From NCBI RefSeq assembly GCF_036321535.1, contig NC_087437.1, forward strand, positions 91,266,001-91,330,000: 64,000 bases of DNA. Direction: 5' to 3'. The notes beneath the pieces are model-generated. The model did no database searches. It worked only from the letters and a program-made list of their open reading frames with translations, and was not told where the DNA came from. Of this stretch, positions 1 through 12,482 are shown piece after piece. The position numbers and the translations under genes were made by a program. Origin of the DNA: Camelus dromedarius (Eukaryota). The first letter of the stretch is position 1, and the number at the start of each line of letters is the position of its first letter.

Positions 1-209
1 ATAAAGCAGCTGTACTTCTTTTTGCAATGATGGAAAAAATACTTCCTGGCACCAGATTAAGGTGAAGAGAGTCAGTTTAAGCAAAATTATTCTCTGTTTG
101 CAGTTTCTTATCTTCCCTTGACCTTCTGTAAGGCGTATTTTTTTCTCTTTATACTTTAGGAGTCCAATGCCTTCCTATTCTCCCGGTCTATTCTCCTGTC
201 CCTGTGGAA

Positions 210-375
210 TTGTTCATTTATTTAGTCTAAAAATATTTACTGACATGCTACAGACATTATTTTAGCTGATGAGGATACAGTGGACAATAAATAAAACAGA
301 AACAACCACTGTCATCAAGGAACTAACAGTCTAGGGGGCATACAGAGAAGTAAACAAGCAATATAATATAAATAA
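210..375 (-). mobile_element. LINE-2 (L2) 3' end fragment
   Basis: ttcatttattt...aaatatttactga...gaggatacagtggacaa...aaggaactaacagtctag resembles the reverse complement of the L2 3' terminus. Confidence 0.6.
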
Positions 376-964
376 GCAATATAATATGCTATGTGGCCAT
401 GTAGGACAGTTAACTAATTTTGATAGTGTGGCAGTTTGATAACGTAAGATTCCAGTAATCAAAGAAATGTAGATCCCTTGTTGGATAGCAGAGTAACTTA
501 ATCTTGCCTGCTAATAATATCTCAGTTGTTTCTGAGATGTATCATTTTTGATCAGTTTACAATAGTTACTTTAAGGCAGCTGATCAGTCTTCCTGAATAT
601 TAATGTTTACATCTGTTTCTTTGCCACATGGAAAGTGCTCATTGTATCCTCTTGACACAGAGCACAGGATTTTGCATCTGTGTGAGACTTTGTGCTGGTT
701 CTTGGGCCCTGGAGGGATTCTGAAGTGAGGATTTCCTTTGGCCACCTGATCACTGTTCCGGGAAATCAAATCTGCAGCTAATAAACAAGGGGGCTAAACT
801 CTTTCAGTTTGGTCATAACTTTAGGTACTCCTTGATGGCTCAATCTCACTTCAGCTTTAATTTATTCCCCTTATATCTGGCTGTGATTTCCATTTGATCC
901 CTGACCCTGCTGAGGTTCCACCTGACTGCACTCATAAGTCTCGCTAGTCCAAGGCAAACTTAGG

Positions 965-1400
965 AAACACTGACCAGATAACTTCATTAACTACATTTTT
1001 CTCTTGCCAGAGGTTATTCACAATTTCACTGGCTGTCTCCTTACTCCAGTGAATCAACAGCTAAAGAAGTGCGTTGCTGTATTTGCTGGGATGAATTATT
1101 TTGATTATTAAGAGAAAATTAGATTGCTTTTACACAATGAGAGTGAGAAGGAATGTCTCTTGAGTGCAGAAATACCCTGAGGCATCTCTTAGTACTGCCC
1201 TACCCTGTGATTTATACCATAAAATTACAACAGCCCAATATGAGCACATCTGATAGTGACCCACATAGTTCAGGGATGAAGTTTTGGGTTAATCTAAGCT
1301 ATAAGGAACCAAACAACCTAAGATGCTCTCTGAGGATAAAGGGAATGCAGAGTGAGTAGGAGAAGAAAGTAGTTATAAATACTAGTTGCAACCATTGGCT
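965..1400 (+). mobile_element. ERV-L internal remnant (dUTPase / pol C-terminal region), degenerate
   Basis: Translates as PVNQQLKKCVAVFAGMNYFDY*EKIRLLLHN then, after a frameshift (ORF 1153..1359), LRHLLVLPYPVI..KLQQPN....SGMKFWV; matches the recalled HERV-L/MERV-L segment PLSQQAKKGVTVLAGVIDPDYQDEISLLLHN...LGRLLVLPCPVI...KLQQPN...SGMKVWV; contains a stop and a frameshift. Confidence 0.85.
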
Positions 1401-1679
1401 ATATCTATTTCTTCCTCATTTTGATATAAAATATTTATATAAAATAATTTTCTTTTAACTTTATATCATTTATATAGAGTATATAAATTATATTTACATA
1501 TTAATGTCCTTGTTATATATTTATATATTATTTATTTGTATATAAAATAAGAGCTTTGTTATAGAAATTTAAATTTATGCAATTATGGGAGCTGAATAAG
1601 CAGTCTGCGTGAGGCTGCTCCAGTTTCCATTTGTTTATCCAAACCTTGAGTAATATATGTGGATAATAATGCAATAGTA

Positions 1680-1875
1680 AGTAAAATGTGGATAATAATA
1701 GTAACTATGGACAATCATTATATTTAATCATATATTTAATCATATATTTAAATATGTTAGAGCCTATCTCATAGAATTGATGTGACAGTTAAACTATAAC
1801 ATTAAAAAGCCCTTAGAAAACTCCTGGCTTATAATAAACAATTTGTGGTTTTTTATTACTATTATTATTATTATC
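1680..1875 (+). mobile_element. MIR SINE fragment with local tandem duplications
   Basis: gtaaaatgtggataataatagta...tatctcatagaattgatgtgacagttaaa...cttagaaaactcctggcttata...attattattatt follows the MIR core and 3' tail. Confidence 0.5.
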
Positions 1876-1879
1876 CCCA

Positions 1880-3480
1880 TTTTCATAAGCTTTCCATTCT
1901 TTCTTAAAGTTTAACCATCTCTGTTTGTCCCTAACTTGTATATTGTTTCATTCCACCTGCTTTTGAAATTTATATAAGTTGAATATACTATAACTTGTAA
2001 ATGTAACTTTTTGTAACTACTTTTTTCTAATATAACAGGGGATAGAGAGAATGAAGGGGGTGGAACAAGCAAAAGAGAGATCTATGGTACTTTAAGGAAA
2101 TGTTTAAAAACTTTAAATGGATTATAACCTGTAAAAATATTGAATCACTGTGTTATATTCCTGAAACTAATATAGCATTGTAAATCAGCTAGAAGTCAAT
2201 AAAAGATAAAAAAAATAAAGCAACAGCTTCCCTCAAGGCACTGCTGAAGCTGTATTATATAACTCTTGATATGTTTTGTTTTCATAATAGTTTAGTACAG
2301 AATATTTTCTAACTTCTATTTTAATTTTTTTCTTTGACTAATATATTTTTGTAGGTGTGTAGTTTTATTTCCAGATATCTGAAGCTTTCTAGCTACTTCC
2401 TTTTTGCTGATAAACAATTATAGTTCTTTTCATTCAGGGAACTAATTACATAAGATTTCCTTTTTAAATGTTTTAACACTTGTTTTGGACCGATCATAGA
2501 TTTATATTTGTGAACAATCCGTATATATATGAAGGGAATATGTATTCTGTGGTTTTTAGAGGTAGTGTTTCATAAATATCACTTAAGTTAAGGAACTTGT
2601 TACTACTTCAGATTTTATATTACAACAGAGGTGCATTAAAGCCTCCACCTGTGATTGTGTGTTTCTCTATTTTTCCCTTTAGTTCTGTTAATATTCACAT
2701 ATTTGAAAGTCCTATTATATACACACATATATATAGACATATTTATATAAACATTTATCATATAGACTTATGTGTATATATTATATCTATATGTATATGT
2801 ATTTTTTCCCTGTTTTATCTCCTTCATGTATTTCCCCTTTTTATCATTATTTTGGAGACTTTCTTTTCTGATATTAACATAGAAACTCTGGCTTTCTTAT
2901 GTCTACTGTTTGTATAGTGTATCGTTTTCCATCCTTTCACTTTCAGCCTCTTTAAGTTTGTAATTAAGTATGCCCCTTTTGAATAGAATTTAGTAGATTC
3001 TTGCTTTTGTATGCCATCTGTTAACATAGAAATTACTACATGCAAACCTAACATTTCAAAGTGTAAATTTACTGAATCTAGTTATACTCCTATAAGATAA
3101 TACATCTTACAAAATATTAACTCCTTTAATGACTTTCTGACTTATACATTACTGTAGTTATTTGGCATAATTTGTCTTGTTGCTACTGTCATTTTAGCTT
3201 CATACGAAATTATTATCATTGATTTATACTCTAAATATGTTTAGATTTACTCATATTTTTTCCACTTTCCTTGGTCTTCATTTAGTTAAAATTAAACATC
3301 TCAGATATTCATCCTGAAGTTATATTCTTTTTGCTTGAAGTATATACTCTTTAGAATTTCCATTACTGATCTTTAAACTCTCTCCATTTCATTTAAAAAA
3401 AATTTCCTGGAAGTATCTTTCAAAATCTTCTTTGTAGCATATTATTTTTGCCTTTGAATGTAGCATTTTAAGTGGTGGTA
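1880..3480 (-). mobile_element. Old L1 (L1M-type) fragment including ORF2 endonuclease N-terminus; interrupted at about 2038-2215
   Basis: ORF 2824..3054(-) reads RLKVKGWKTIHYTNSRHKKARVSMLISEK, like L1 ORF2p RLKIKGWRKIYQANGKQKKAGVAILVSDK; 2230-2700 matches antisense L1 ORF2 DNA. Confidence 0.85.
2115..2218 (+). mobile_element. Short 5'-truncated L1 3' tail with poly(A)
   Basis: attgaatcactgtgttatattcctgaaactaatatagcattgtaaatcagcta...aataaaagataaaaaaaa is the typical laurasiatherian L1 3' terminus. Confidence 0.7.
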
Positions 3481-3539
3481 AATATTGTTGATTCGCACCA
3501 AGTTTTTTTTTTTTCCTTCAGGCATATAAAAGCCTTTAC

Positions 3540-4850
3540 TACTCAGCTTCCCTTATATTTGTGCAGGGCCATATTACTGTGACTCTGGATAAGGAATTAG
3601 GAGCATCATATCACTGTATTGTAAGAAAACCTGAAAAACATTTGGGCAACGGACAGTGACAAAACTTACACCAAGTCCAGAAAGATCCTGATTTCTCTTT
3701 GTGGTGGCAAAATATTTAGTAAATATTTACCCATAAGAGGATGATAGGGAAAGAGTTTGAATGATAGAATATGAATAGTGAATGTGTGCATTTTGTTTAC
3801 TGCTTTTGGCAATTATTACAGGAAAGTGAGGAGCTTGGTAAAGAGTAAACAGTTTTTTGCATATAGAAAGGAGAAGGAATATTGAGGTTCCATAAATTTG
3901 GAGCCTTTCCAGGTATGGAAGAATCAACTGGTGCATAAAATAAAGTTGAAAATTCTTTTGAGAGGAAGGGATCCAGTAAATCCCTTCAATTGTACAAGTT
4001 GCCTATGGGCAAGAATTGTTAATCCTTATAAGCTATTGTTTCCAAAGTCATGTTTCTTTGAAGTAGTGGTTTAGCGCTGCAGTATCTTACTTTTCTCGTT
4101 GTTTCTTGATTTTCTAGTTGTTAGATTCCCTGTGAACTACTTCTTTACTAGATGAGGAAATTCTCTCTTGAAAAAAAAAAATTAGTTGTTCTGTTAAAGA
4201 TCCATTGAGTCAAGAATGAAAACTCCTGTGACTGTTTAAGTTTTCAAATAATTTTTGGCGCCCCTTCAATAAGCAAGAAGTGGGCTGAGAAGACCATGTA
4301 GCTTCCAAGGAAGAAGGAATATTACCCAATACTCAGTTTAGCTAAAGCAAAGGACAGTAGAATTCTCTTAGAGCAGAGATGAGTAAACTTCTTTTGTAAA
4401 GGGCCTGATATGACTGTTTTAGACTTTGTAGACCATACGGTTTCTGTTGCAGCTACTTAATTCTGACACAAAAGCAGCCATAAAGAATATTTATATCAGT
4501 GATTCTGGCTGTGTTCCAGTAAAGCTATATTTAAAAATAAATTTGGCCAAGGCTGGATTTGACCCTAAAGCTGCAGTTTGGTGACTTCTGCTCTAGAAGT
4601 TGAGCCAGAGATCAGGGGAAAATGTGTGCAAGGAATTACTTCCTAAATAGTAAAAACAGGACCTAGTAATAAGTCATGTTAGGAGGACCATGACTGCTCG
4701 AGGAGATTCCAGGATAGATCTTTACCTGTGGTTTTGCATGTCTTCCATTCTTCCCCTTTCTGAATGGGAGTATTTATTTTTCCTATTGGGTCGTTTTATG
4801 TCACAGCTTAGTGGGAGGATAGGAGTGCAGTTAACCTTGTTTTCTTTAAA
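3540..4850 (+). mobile_element. MaLR (MLT1-type) internal sequence, degenerate
   Basis: 3' part tgtcttccattcttcccctttctgaatgggagtattta resembles the MLT1-int 3' end; split by MER58A. Confidence 0.5.
4374..4590. mobile_element. MER58A-like hAT-Charlie MITE
   Basis: cagagatgagtaaact...gtaaagggcc...agcagccata...tggctgtgttccagtaaag...agtttggtgacttctg; degenerate terminal inverted repeats; flanked by tcttagag / ctctagaa (hAT NTCTAGAN-type 8-bp site). Confidence 0.85.
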
Positions 4851-5279
4851 TCATGACAACATAGCCTAGTCTGTCCTAGCTAACAGCCTGTTGACAGGGT
4901 TTTCCTCTGTAATTTTGCATTGCTTATTGTGATTAAGAACCTTTTTTACCCCAAATCTAAAGTTTTTACCTTGGAATGTGATCTCTCTCTTATCTTGGGC
5001 TAATGTTAAGATCTGGTGATTTTCCATGATAGGTGATGATTTCTATTTTAATTTAAGCTGATTGGGATTTGTTGTTTTCCCTGAATCTTTCGCTGCTTGC
5101 TTGTCTTTTGTCAGTCTGCAGTATTCTCGCAATTATCTTTTCCTCTGGGCTGTCCTGTGTCTCCTGCGGCAGTCATGAAGAGACTGTATGGGATCTTGGC
5201 ATAGTATCCTACCTGTCTCTTAACCTACTTTTCAGATCTAATATCTCTTGCCTTACTAGGCTGTGCCCTGGAAAATGTC

Positions 5280-6300
5280 TTCCAATCTTTCTAATCTTTA
5301 AACCTAGCCATTGAATTTTTTATTACTTTAATTACTCTGCTATCATTTTGTTATTATAATATGAATTACTCTTTCTAAAATACTCATTTTTTAAAATCTT
5401 CCTAGTAATTTTCCATACTTATGTTTCCTATGAACAAATTCAAGTTTTTCTTTTTTTTTTTCCCTTGGAACTTTTTAAACACAATGAATAAGTATTATGT
5501 CTGATTTTTAAGTTTATGTCTCATAATAGCAATATTTAAAATATTTTTGGACCCTGTCTGTTATTTATTGCTGGTTCTCACTTACTAGTGACCTGATTAC
5601 TTGTGTTTTTTTGGTCTGTGAGCTGCTTAGTTTTTTCAACACAGCTTAATCTGTGACCATTTTTAGGCATTCTTTGACCTGAGTTTTCCCAGACAGGATT
5701 TGCATTTGTTGCTGTCTCCTACCTGAGCCCAATACTAACTAGGGCCACTTTAAATTTTAATTCCCTCTTTGATATTTGATGTTTTACAGAGACCACAGGT
5801 ATCATGTTGGGATGAAAAATCAGTGCTAGAGCCATTTTAGGATTTTGAATTTTCAAGAGATTTTTGTTTATTCTGCCGAAGTTGAAGTAGTCAAACTTCA
5901 TTCTGTGTCCACCTCAGTGCAGCGTATTTCTTGTTGAATGTTACCCTGAAGGCGTACTCCTTTTGAATGTGAAATTTTATAACAGGTTTCTTTAGATTTT
6001 CTACCTTGTCTCTGCTTCCCTGTGTTCAAATGTCAATTCAGAAGCCCTTGGTCCTAGAGAACAGCAAACAACCCCAGGGTGAAAGCCACCTTCAACTCTC
6101 ACCTTTTTTTTTTTTTTTTTTTTAAATAAAAACAGGATTCTTGTTCTCACTTCACTTGGGACTTTCTTTCAGTGCACTTTGGCAGTGTTTACAAGCTTAT
6201 CTGGGTTTGTTTATTTCTATGTGTCATTTTAGTTGTTTCCTTAGGGGACCATCAGCATATATAAGCTGCCTTACTGCAAGAACTGTAGTTTATTCTAACC
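5280..6300 (-). mobile_element. Old L1 5'/ORF1-side fragment, probably continuation of 1880-3480
   Basis: T-rich antisense L1-like sequence (tgctggttctcactt, acaggatttgcatttgtt). Confidence 0.45.
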
Positions 6301-6319
6301 ACTTTCCCAATTTGTAAAG

Positions 6320-6455
6320 TGTTTTAACAGTCTATTTTGTGTTTGCCTCCCACACGATTCATGATAGAAGGAACCATGTCCCTCTTACCGACACATCTCA
6401 GCACTTAGCAGCCAGCCTGGTGTGTAGCAGCTAGGTAGGAATCATTTGTGGAACA
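6320..6455 (+). mobile_element. L2 3' end fragment
   Basis: ggaaccatgtc...tctcagcacttagca..gcctggtgtgtagcag...atttgtggaa. Confidence 0.55.
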
Positions 6456-8534
6456 GAGGTACTTGGGTAGAGGAGACTTTCTTCAGCGTCACCAGATTCT
6501 TTCTGACCCCAAAGGCTGCTGCCCCAGAGCAAGTTTCTGTGCCCATCTCTTCAGTCCTCCCATTGTTCCTTCTTTGAATTCTCATGAGTAGGTTTTCTTC
6601 ACTAAATCGTGAAAGAGATAACCTGCACTGCAGAAGAACAGTGTGTGGCACATGATTAAAACTTAATACATATTAGTCATAACCTGCTCTGTCTTAAGCC
6701 CTGTTCCACCCATGTTCCAGTTCTGTTTCACAAACTGAAATATACATTGATCTTTTGTTTATGATTTAATTTTGGTTGGCTTTTAATAATTCTTTTGCAT
6801 TATAAACCATATAAACACCACCCACATTTCAGGCAGTAAAATTGTATTAAGCAATTACATTATTTTTACCTGTGGTTATGTAATGTCTGATGAAAGATGT
6901 GTGTGATTAAAATCAGTCTTGTAAATATATTATCATGACCTATCAATGTCTTTTCCAGATCTTTGATCCTGTTATCTTTGAGTATATTAGTAACATGTGA
7001 GGGATATTAAAATAATATATTTTGTTTGGACAATACTGAACTTATAATGAAAAAATTAAATATTTTAAAAGCTCATTTCTGTTTCAGTAAACACTAATAT
7101 CTCTTGCTCTTAATGTTATAAAAAATGTATTTAATTGTTCTGGAAAGTGCAACAATAATTGAGACTTGAAAACTTTTCTCTATCCAAAAATTCTCATTTA
7201 GTAAGCATTGTTGTAGTAATGTTGACCTTTAATTCTGCTTGTTTTCATCTTAAATATTCTTTGGAATTTCCCTCATCTGGGAACTTTTCACTCGGTTTCA
7301 CTGAGCCCACAGCATTTGCCCTTTTTGGGATACTTTTCCCATGATTGTAAACACATCTATATGAGGTATAGTTGTTAGTTTGCTTGACAGGATTAATCCA
7401 CTGAAAACCAAATGGCATTTTACAAAATAAAGGTTTAGATTCACTCATGTTACACTGAACCAATAAATGCAATTCCAGATTTTACTTGTTCCTATGATAC
7501 CGTTTCCTTGACTTCAGATGCATTCAAGAAAGTTAAATATATCAGACAAAAAACAATGACAGAAAAGAAGTTGAAGCACTTCTTCTTAAAATAATTTATC
7601 AGAAAAGTAAGATACTGGGAAAGTATATCTGTGGGGTGAAATTTCACAGCAATAAACAGTTTTCATTTAACCTACCAGAACTCAGTCTATGTAATGAAAC
7701 AAGTAAACTTTATTGAGAAGGAGTAATACAATTTTTAGCAAAATAGATTATCCATAAGGTTTCTAGTAATCTGTGTTAAAGAGAAAGGCAGAAAATTTCT
7801 ATGCTGTCTGGCAAATGTAAATGTTGTCCTAGAAGACACCAATCTGGTGTTCGGGAATCTAGAATTCTGTTCTAGTGGTAGTCTTCTAATTTAAAACAAA
7901 AAATGAGTTCACCATCAGGAATCTGAATTATGGTCTGTTAGCAGTGAGCCACTGACCACAGAGAACAAAGGTAAGCTTCTCTGTGGAGAAGAGTGTTGAC
8001 AGATGGGCAGGGAATGAGTCCCAAATAATCAGAAGATTTTATAGAGGTCACTACAGTGCTGAGGGGGAACACAACGTAAGGGAACCCACCCACGCACAAG
8101 CCCAGACACACAGACTTAGCTGTCGCAGTGAGGGGATTCTGTCATTTGCAAATTTTTGAACATTAGTCATCTTGCATTTGGTTTACTGCCCATGTTCTAA
8201 TTTTGTATCTTATCCTTGGTAACTCGAATACTCCCAGTTTGGTTTCCCTCCTATCCCCCACATACTTTTCTGCATGTTATACCTTCTCAACGGAAACTTT
8301 TAATGTGAGCGCTTTTTATATTTTAAGCTAGGACAATATATTTCTCTTTGTTATAAAGACAGGAGGTTCTGTTTTTTTCCATGTATTAATATATACTGAT
8401 TTTCCCAAATATGTGTGTTTTATATTATATAGCTTTATATATAATGCATAATTATCTACTTATAAGTGTATAAATATATTATATATTTATTTATATATAA
8501 CTTAAGTATATGTATATGTATTTTAATTATGTGT

Positions 8535-8675
8535 CCCGGATGACTTTTCCCACACCAGTGTAGCATGTGAGCTCCATAAAGGCGTGGGCTTTGTCGGCCT
8601 TGTTCTTCATGTCTCCCTAGCAAATAGTGTACAGCATACATGCACCAGGCTCTTAATAAATATTACAGAATTAAA
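8535..8675 (+). mobile_element. L2 3' end fragment
   Basis: atgtgagctccataaaggc..ggctttgtc..cttgttc...ccctagc...aataaatatt. Confidence 0.65.
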
Positions 8676-8804
8676 AGATGTGTAAATAGTTAATGCAATA
8701 TAGTAAATCAAAAGAAATCTTTTTGACAGGGATTGCAGATGGGTATCATTTTTGATCTTTGTTCCTTAATTTAAAAATTCTGTCTCCTCTTGAAAATATG
8801 AATT

Positions 8805-10700
8805 CCATTTTATTTTGTCAACAAACATCCATTGTAAGCCTAATATGTGATAATTATTGCTTTAGGAGATGGAAATTTCATCGAAATGTGGCTTTCCGTC
8901 TGGGTGTTCTAATAAAAAAGGCAAGGGATATTTAAATTATCAACAAATTTAAATCTTCAACATTTGTAATGATTGTAAAGGGGTATAGAAAGTGTCAGGT
9001 GAGTTTTAATATGAAGAAAAATTAGAAGTTAAATATGTGAGTTAGAAATACAAAAAGTGTTTCTGGCAGATATAAATGTGTGTGAAAGCCCAGAAACTTG
9101 CCTAGATTTGTATTTTCTTTTTATAAAGAGATAACTTTCACTTCCATTTAAAGTCTGAGATAAGAGAGATCCAAAGCAAATGAGAAGAAATCTGTGGGCT
9201 AATGCAGGAGCCCAAGAGAGGAATGTCGTACTTTGGATAAGGATGACAGCAGTGGAGATGAAGATAATTAAAGGATTTGAGAGAAATTCAACATGCAGGA
9301 TTTAAAAGCTGTTCAGAAGTCAACTTCTCAGAATGACCATCCTTTATTATCCAATAAAATAGCCAATCATTATTCACTATCAAATATAACCTGCTTTATT
9401 TTTCTACATAGCAGCTATCATAGACTGATGGATTCGCTCTTTCATTATTTCTTAACTGCTTTCCTTTCCCACTTCCCTACTCTCACAATACTCCATGATG
9501 ACACAAATTTTTTTTTTTCTTGCTGTATCCCTAGAATACAGATCAGTACCTGGCCACGAGCAAACACACAGCAAATATTAATCAGATGAAAGGCTGAATT
9601 TGGGAGCAAGGGAAAAATAAGCAGCAAAAAAAGCTCGCAGATTTCCAATTTGTGCAACTAGGATGGTTGGATGGTAATATAATTCACTGATGTTGGGGAT
9701 ACTGGGAGAATACCAGCTGTGGAGTGGAGGGGAGGGAAAGTCATAAGTATGGTTTAGGACATTTTGAGTTTGAGGGGATCAGGTAGATACACAGTTTGAA
9801 ATAACTAATAGTCGAATAAAAATACACAGGTAATAGAACAGAAAATGTCGACTGAAAATATAAACTTTGGAATTATTTGAATATAATTCTTACATTTCTG
9901 TGGGTAGGGAGGAGATTGACTAGAAATCAAAGCCTTTGATTCAGTCTACAGTCTAGACTTGAGAAAACTCAACTTTTAATCGCTAGTTAAAGGATCACAT
10001 TATTTAAACACAAACCAATAAGCAAACAAAAATAAACAAGACAAAAATGAATGGTTGGGAATGTAGGGAAAAAGTATTAGAGAATAATTTCATGGAAACA
10101 AGAGAAAAGAGTTCTAACAAAGAGGAACATTTATATCTGATCAGTGTTTTGGAGATAAAAATGACCTAATGATTGTAAATGTACATTGCGTCTAGCAATA
10201 TGGCTTCTACTGATGTCTTTAGCTATTTTTATTTTTTTGATGGAAGGAGGGAGACAGAAGATAGATTGAGTAAGTGAGTGGAAAATGCAGAGATGTGGAA
10301 TGATGGTATTCTCTGATGCTTTTAAAGAGATTATCTATAAAAAGAAGGTAGTCTGAGAGAGATGTGGAGTATAGGAATTTTTTTTAGATGTGAGAGAAAA
10401 TAATGTTTAAATGGTGAATAATATTGAGAAGAAAAATTGATTAAAATAGCTAATTGGTCGTGTAATATTCCTAAGAGGGTGGGAGGTATAACACCCAAAA
10501 CTTAGATGACAATACTGATTTTTGATAAGAGATGCTTCCTCTATTAAAACAAGTTGGGGAAAAATAAATGGGTAGCATTTGAAGACGTTCCAGTTGAATG
10601 ATTTATATTTAACCTGTGATTTAGGTGGCAATCTCATCTGATAAAAAGTGAGAAAGTTTTGGTGGAGCGAAAAAAACTTGTAGGCTATTAGAAAACTTTA
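8805..10700 (-). mobile_element. Long degraded L2, interrupted by an opposite-strand L2
   Basis: caacaaacatccattg..., cagcagtggagatgaaga, attcactgatgttggggatactggg, tttaggacattttgagtttgagg are antisense L2 hallmarks. Confidence 0.65.
9310..9600 (+). mobile_element. L2 (L2a-like) 3' end nested in older L2
   Basis: cctgctttatttttctacatagca...ctccatga...gctgtatccctag...cagtacctggc...aaatatt. Confidence 0.65.
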
Positions 10701-10809
10701 GAACTAGCAATTCTGGGAAAGAGGAAATTAACTAAGAATTACTGTAAGATGGACAGAAAGCATTAGTGAACGCGGTTCAGACTTTTTTTTTAAATCACGC
10801 ATTTTTAGT

Positions 10810-10960
10810 GATAATAATAATAGCAAATACTTACATAAAATTTACTATGAGCCAGGCATTGTTCTATGTTCTTTATATGTTTTAAGTCATATCATTAAAG
10901 ATAGTATGTGATTTGTTTAAGGTCAGACAGCTAGTGTTGAAGCTGGATTAACAGTTTGTA
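10810..10960 (-). mobile_element. MIR SINE
   Basis: aataataatagcaaatacttac...tactatgagccaggcattgttcta...aaggtcagacagctagt. Confidence 0.7.
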
Positions 10961-11735
10961 CTGTGTTGTTAATTAGGTGCTACCGGTGTGTAATACTACA
11001 ACCAATTGAAATTTCACCCTGCCTTTGCTGGTTATATACCAACTAATTTTTCCAAAGCCGACAACCAGAGGGAGAAATCATGACTCCATAAATACTCCAT
11101 TCAGCGATGGGAAACATTTTTACCCTCCATTACAAACTTCCCAAGATATTTTTTTCCATTTTCTTTAGATACTCCTTGTGTTCTCAGTTTGCTTCCAGGA
11201 GAAACACTGCCAATTTTCAGATGTCCTAAAGTTCCCTCCCTAGAAAATTCTTTTTCTTTTAAGAGAAAGGTCAAACCCAGAATGAATCTGCATCTTACTT
11301 GTTTCCACCTTGCTTGATAGAAGGGAGCAAAATCAGATTCTAATACAATTAGGGCACCTACTCCTCATATAAACCTTAAATACCGTAGGAGATATGTACA
11401 CACATTTAAGCATTGCATGAGTTTTCTCATCCCATGCAAATAGTCCTGCCTTCCTGGATCAGCTGAATTACAAATAAATGTGTTATTAGCCACTGTGATG
11501 CATCATTAATCTTCTGAGAATTGAGTATTTCAGAAGCAACTTATATCATGCTTTCTCTTATTCATAGATTCTTCAATGAAAGCTGTTGAATAAATGTCAA
11601 AAGAAAATCTATTAGCATACAATAAAATTAAATTGCCTTTTCTGTGGTGTGTGAATTAGCTATGAAAACAATTTTTTTTCTATTTTTGCTAGAAATTTAT
11701 CTTTTAAGTTATTGTTATTTATGAAAGAAAATTGT

Positions 11736-11915
11736 GCATTGCATTGGGCAAGGACCCAGTAGGACACACATGGACTAGTCAAAAAGGAGAAATGGAAGAG
11801 AGTTTTAGTGAAAAGCCTATATGCAAATGTTTGGCTAAGGGAAAGAGCAGCCAGTGAGGGATGGTGGATTCCTGTGGGGATACCCTGAGATTGATGGAGG
11901 AAAGGTGGTGACACA
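11736..11915. mobile_element. Old ERVL-type LTR fragment (LTR33-like)
   Basis: cattgggcaaggacccagtaggacacacatgg...gaagagagttttagtgaaaagcctat resembles the recalled LTR33-family end; truncated by the L1 insertion. Confidence 0.45.
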
Positions 11916-11939
11916 TATTGAGCACATATATTGGATTTA

Positions 11940-12482
11940 AGGTATCTATTGATACGGAATATGATTCAGCCTTAAAAAAGAAGAAAATGTTGCCATTTTC
12001 GACAGCATGGATGAACCTGGAGGACATTATGCTTAGTGAAATATACCAAACACAGAAAAACAAATACTGCATCATCTCACTGATGTGTGGAATGTAAAAT
12101 AATCATACTCAAAGAAACAGAAAGTAGAATGGTGTTTGCCAGAAACTAGAGTAAGGGGAAAATGAGAGATGTTGGTCAAAAAGTACACATTTTTAGTTGT
12201 ACAGGGTGGATAAATTCTGAAATCTAATGTAAAGCATAGTGACTGTAGTTAATGAAAATCTATTTTATATTTGAAATTTGCTAAGAGGATAGAGCTAAAA
12301 TGTTCTCACCACAAAACACAAAACAATGCATGGTAACTGTGTGAGATGCTGGATATTTTCAGTAGCTTGATTGTGGTGATTATTTCACAACGTATAGTAT
12401 ATCAGAACGTCAAGTTGTACATCTTAAATGATTTTACTTAAAAATTTTATTTGTCAATTACACCACAGTAAAGCTGGAAAAA
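11940..12482 (+). mobile_element. L1MA-type 3' end (ORF2 C-terminus plus 3'UTR)
   Basis: ggaatatgattcagccttaaaaaagaag...catggatgaacctggaggacattatgcttagtgaaat...gtcaattacaccacagtaaagctggaaaaa. Confidence 0.9.

Noticed and set aside
21..110. ttgcaatgatgg as a box C/D snoRNA start
   Set aside because: Imperfect box C and no matching box D or terminal stem
1657..1751. Short direct repeats (atgtggataataat x2; aatcatatattt x3)
   Set aside because: Local slippage duplications in a MIR; not an array with spacers
2597..3054. ORFs 2597..2917(+) and 2824..3054(-) as genes
   Set aside because: Antisense and sense readings of decayed L1 ORF2 endonuclease plus TA-rich low-complexity sequence
6442..6651. 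69-aa minus-strand ORF with protein-like composition
   Set aside because: No recognisable homology, no good donor, and L2-like motifs in the DNA
11779..12075. 98-aa minus-strand ORF
   Set aside because: Antisense of the L1 ORF2 C-terminus, a common artefact
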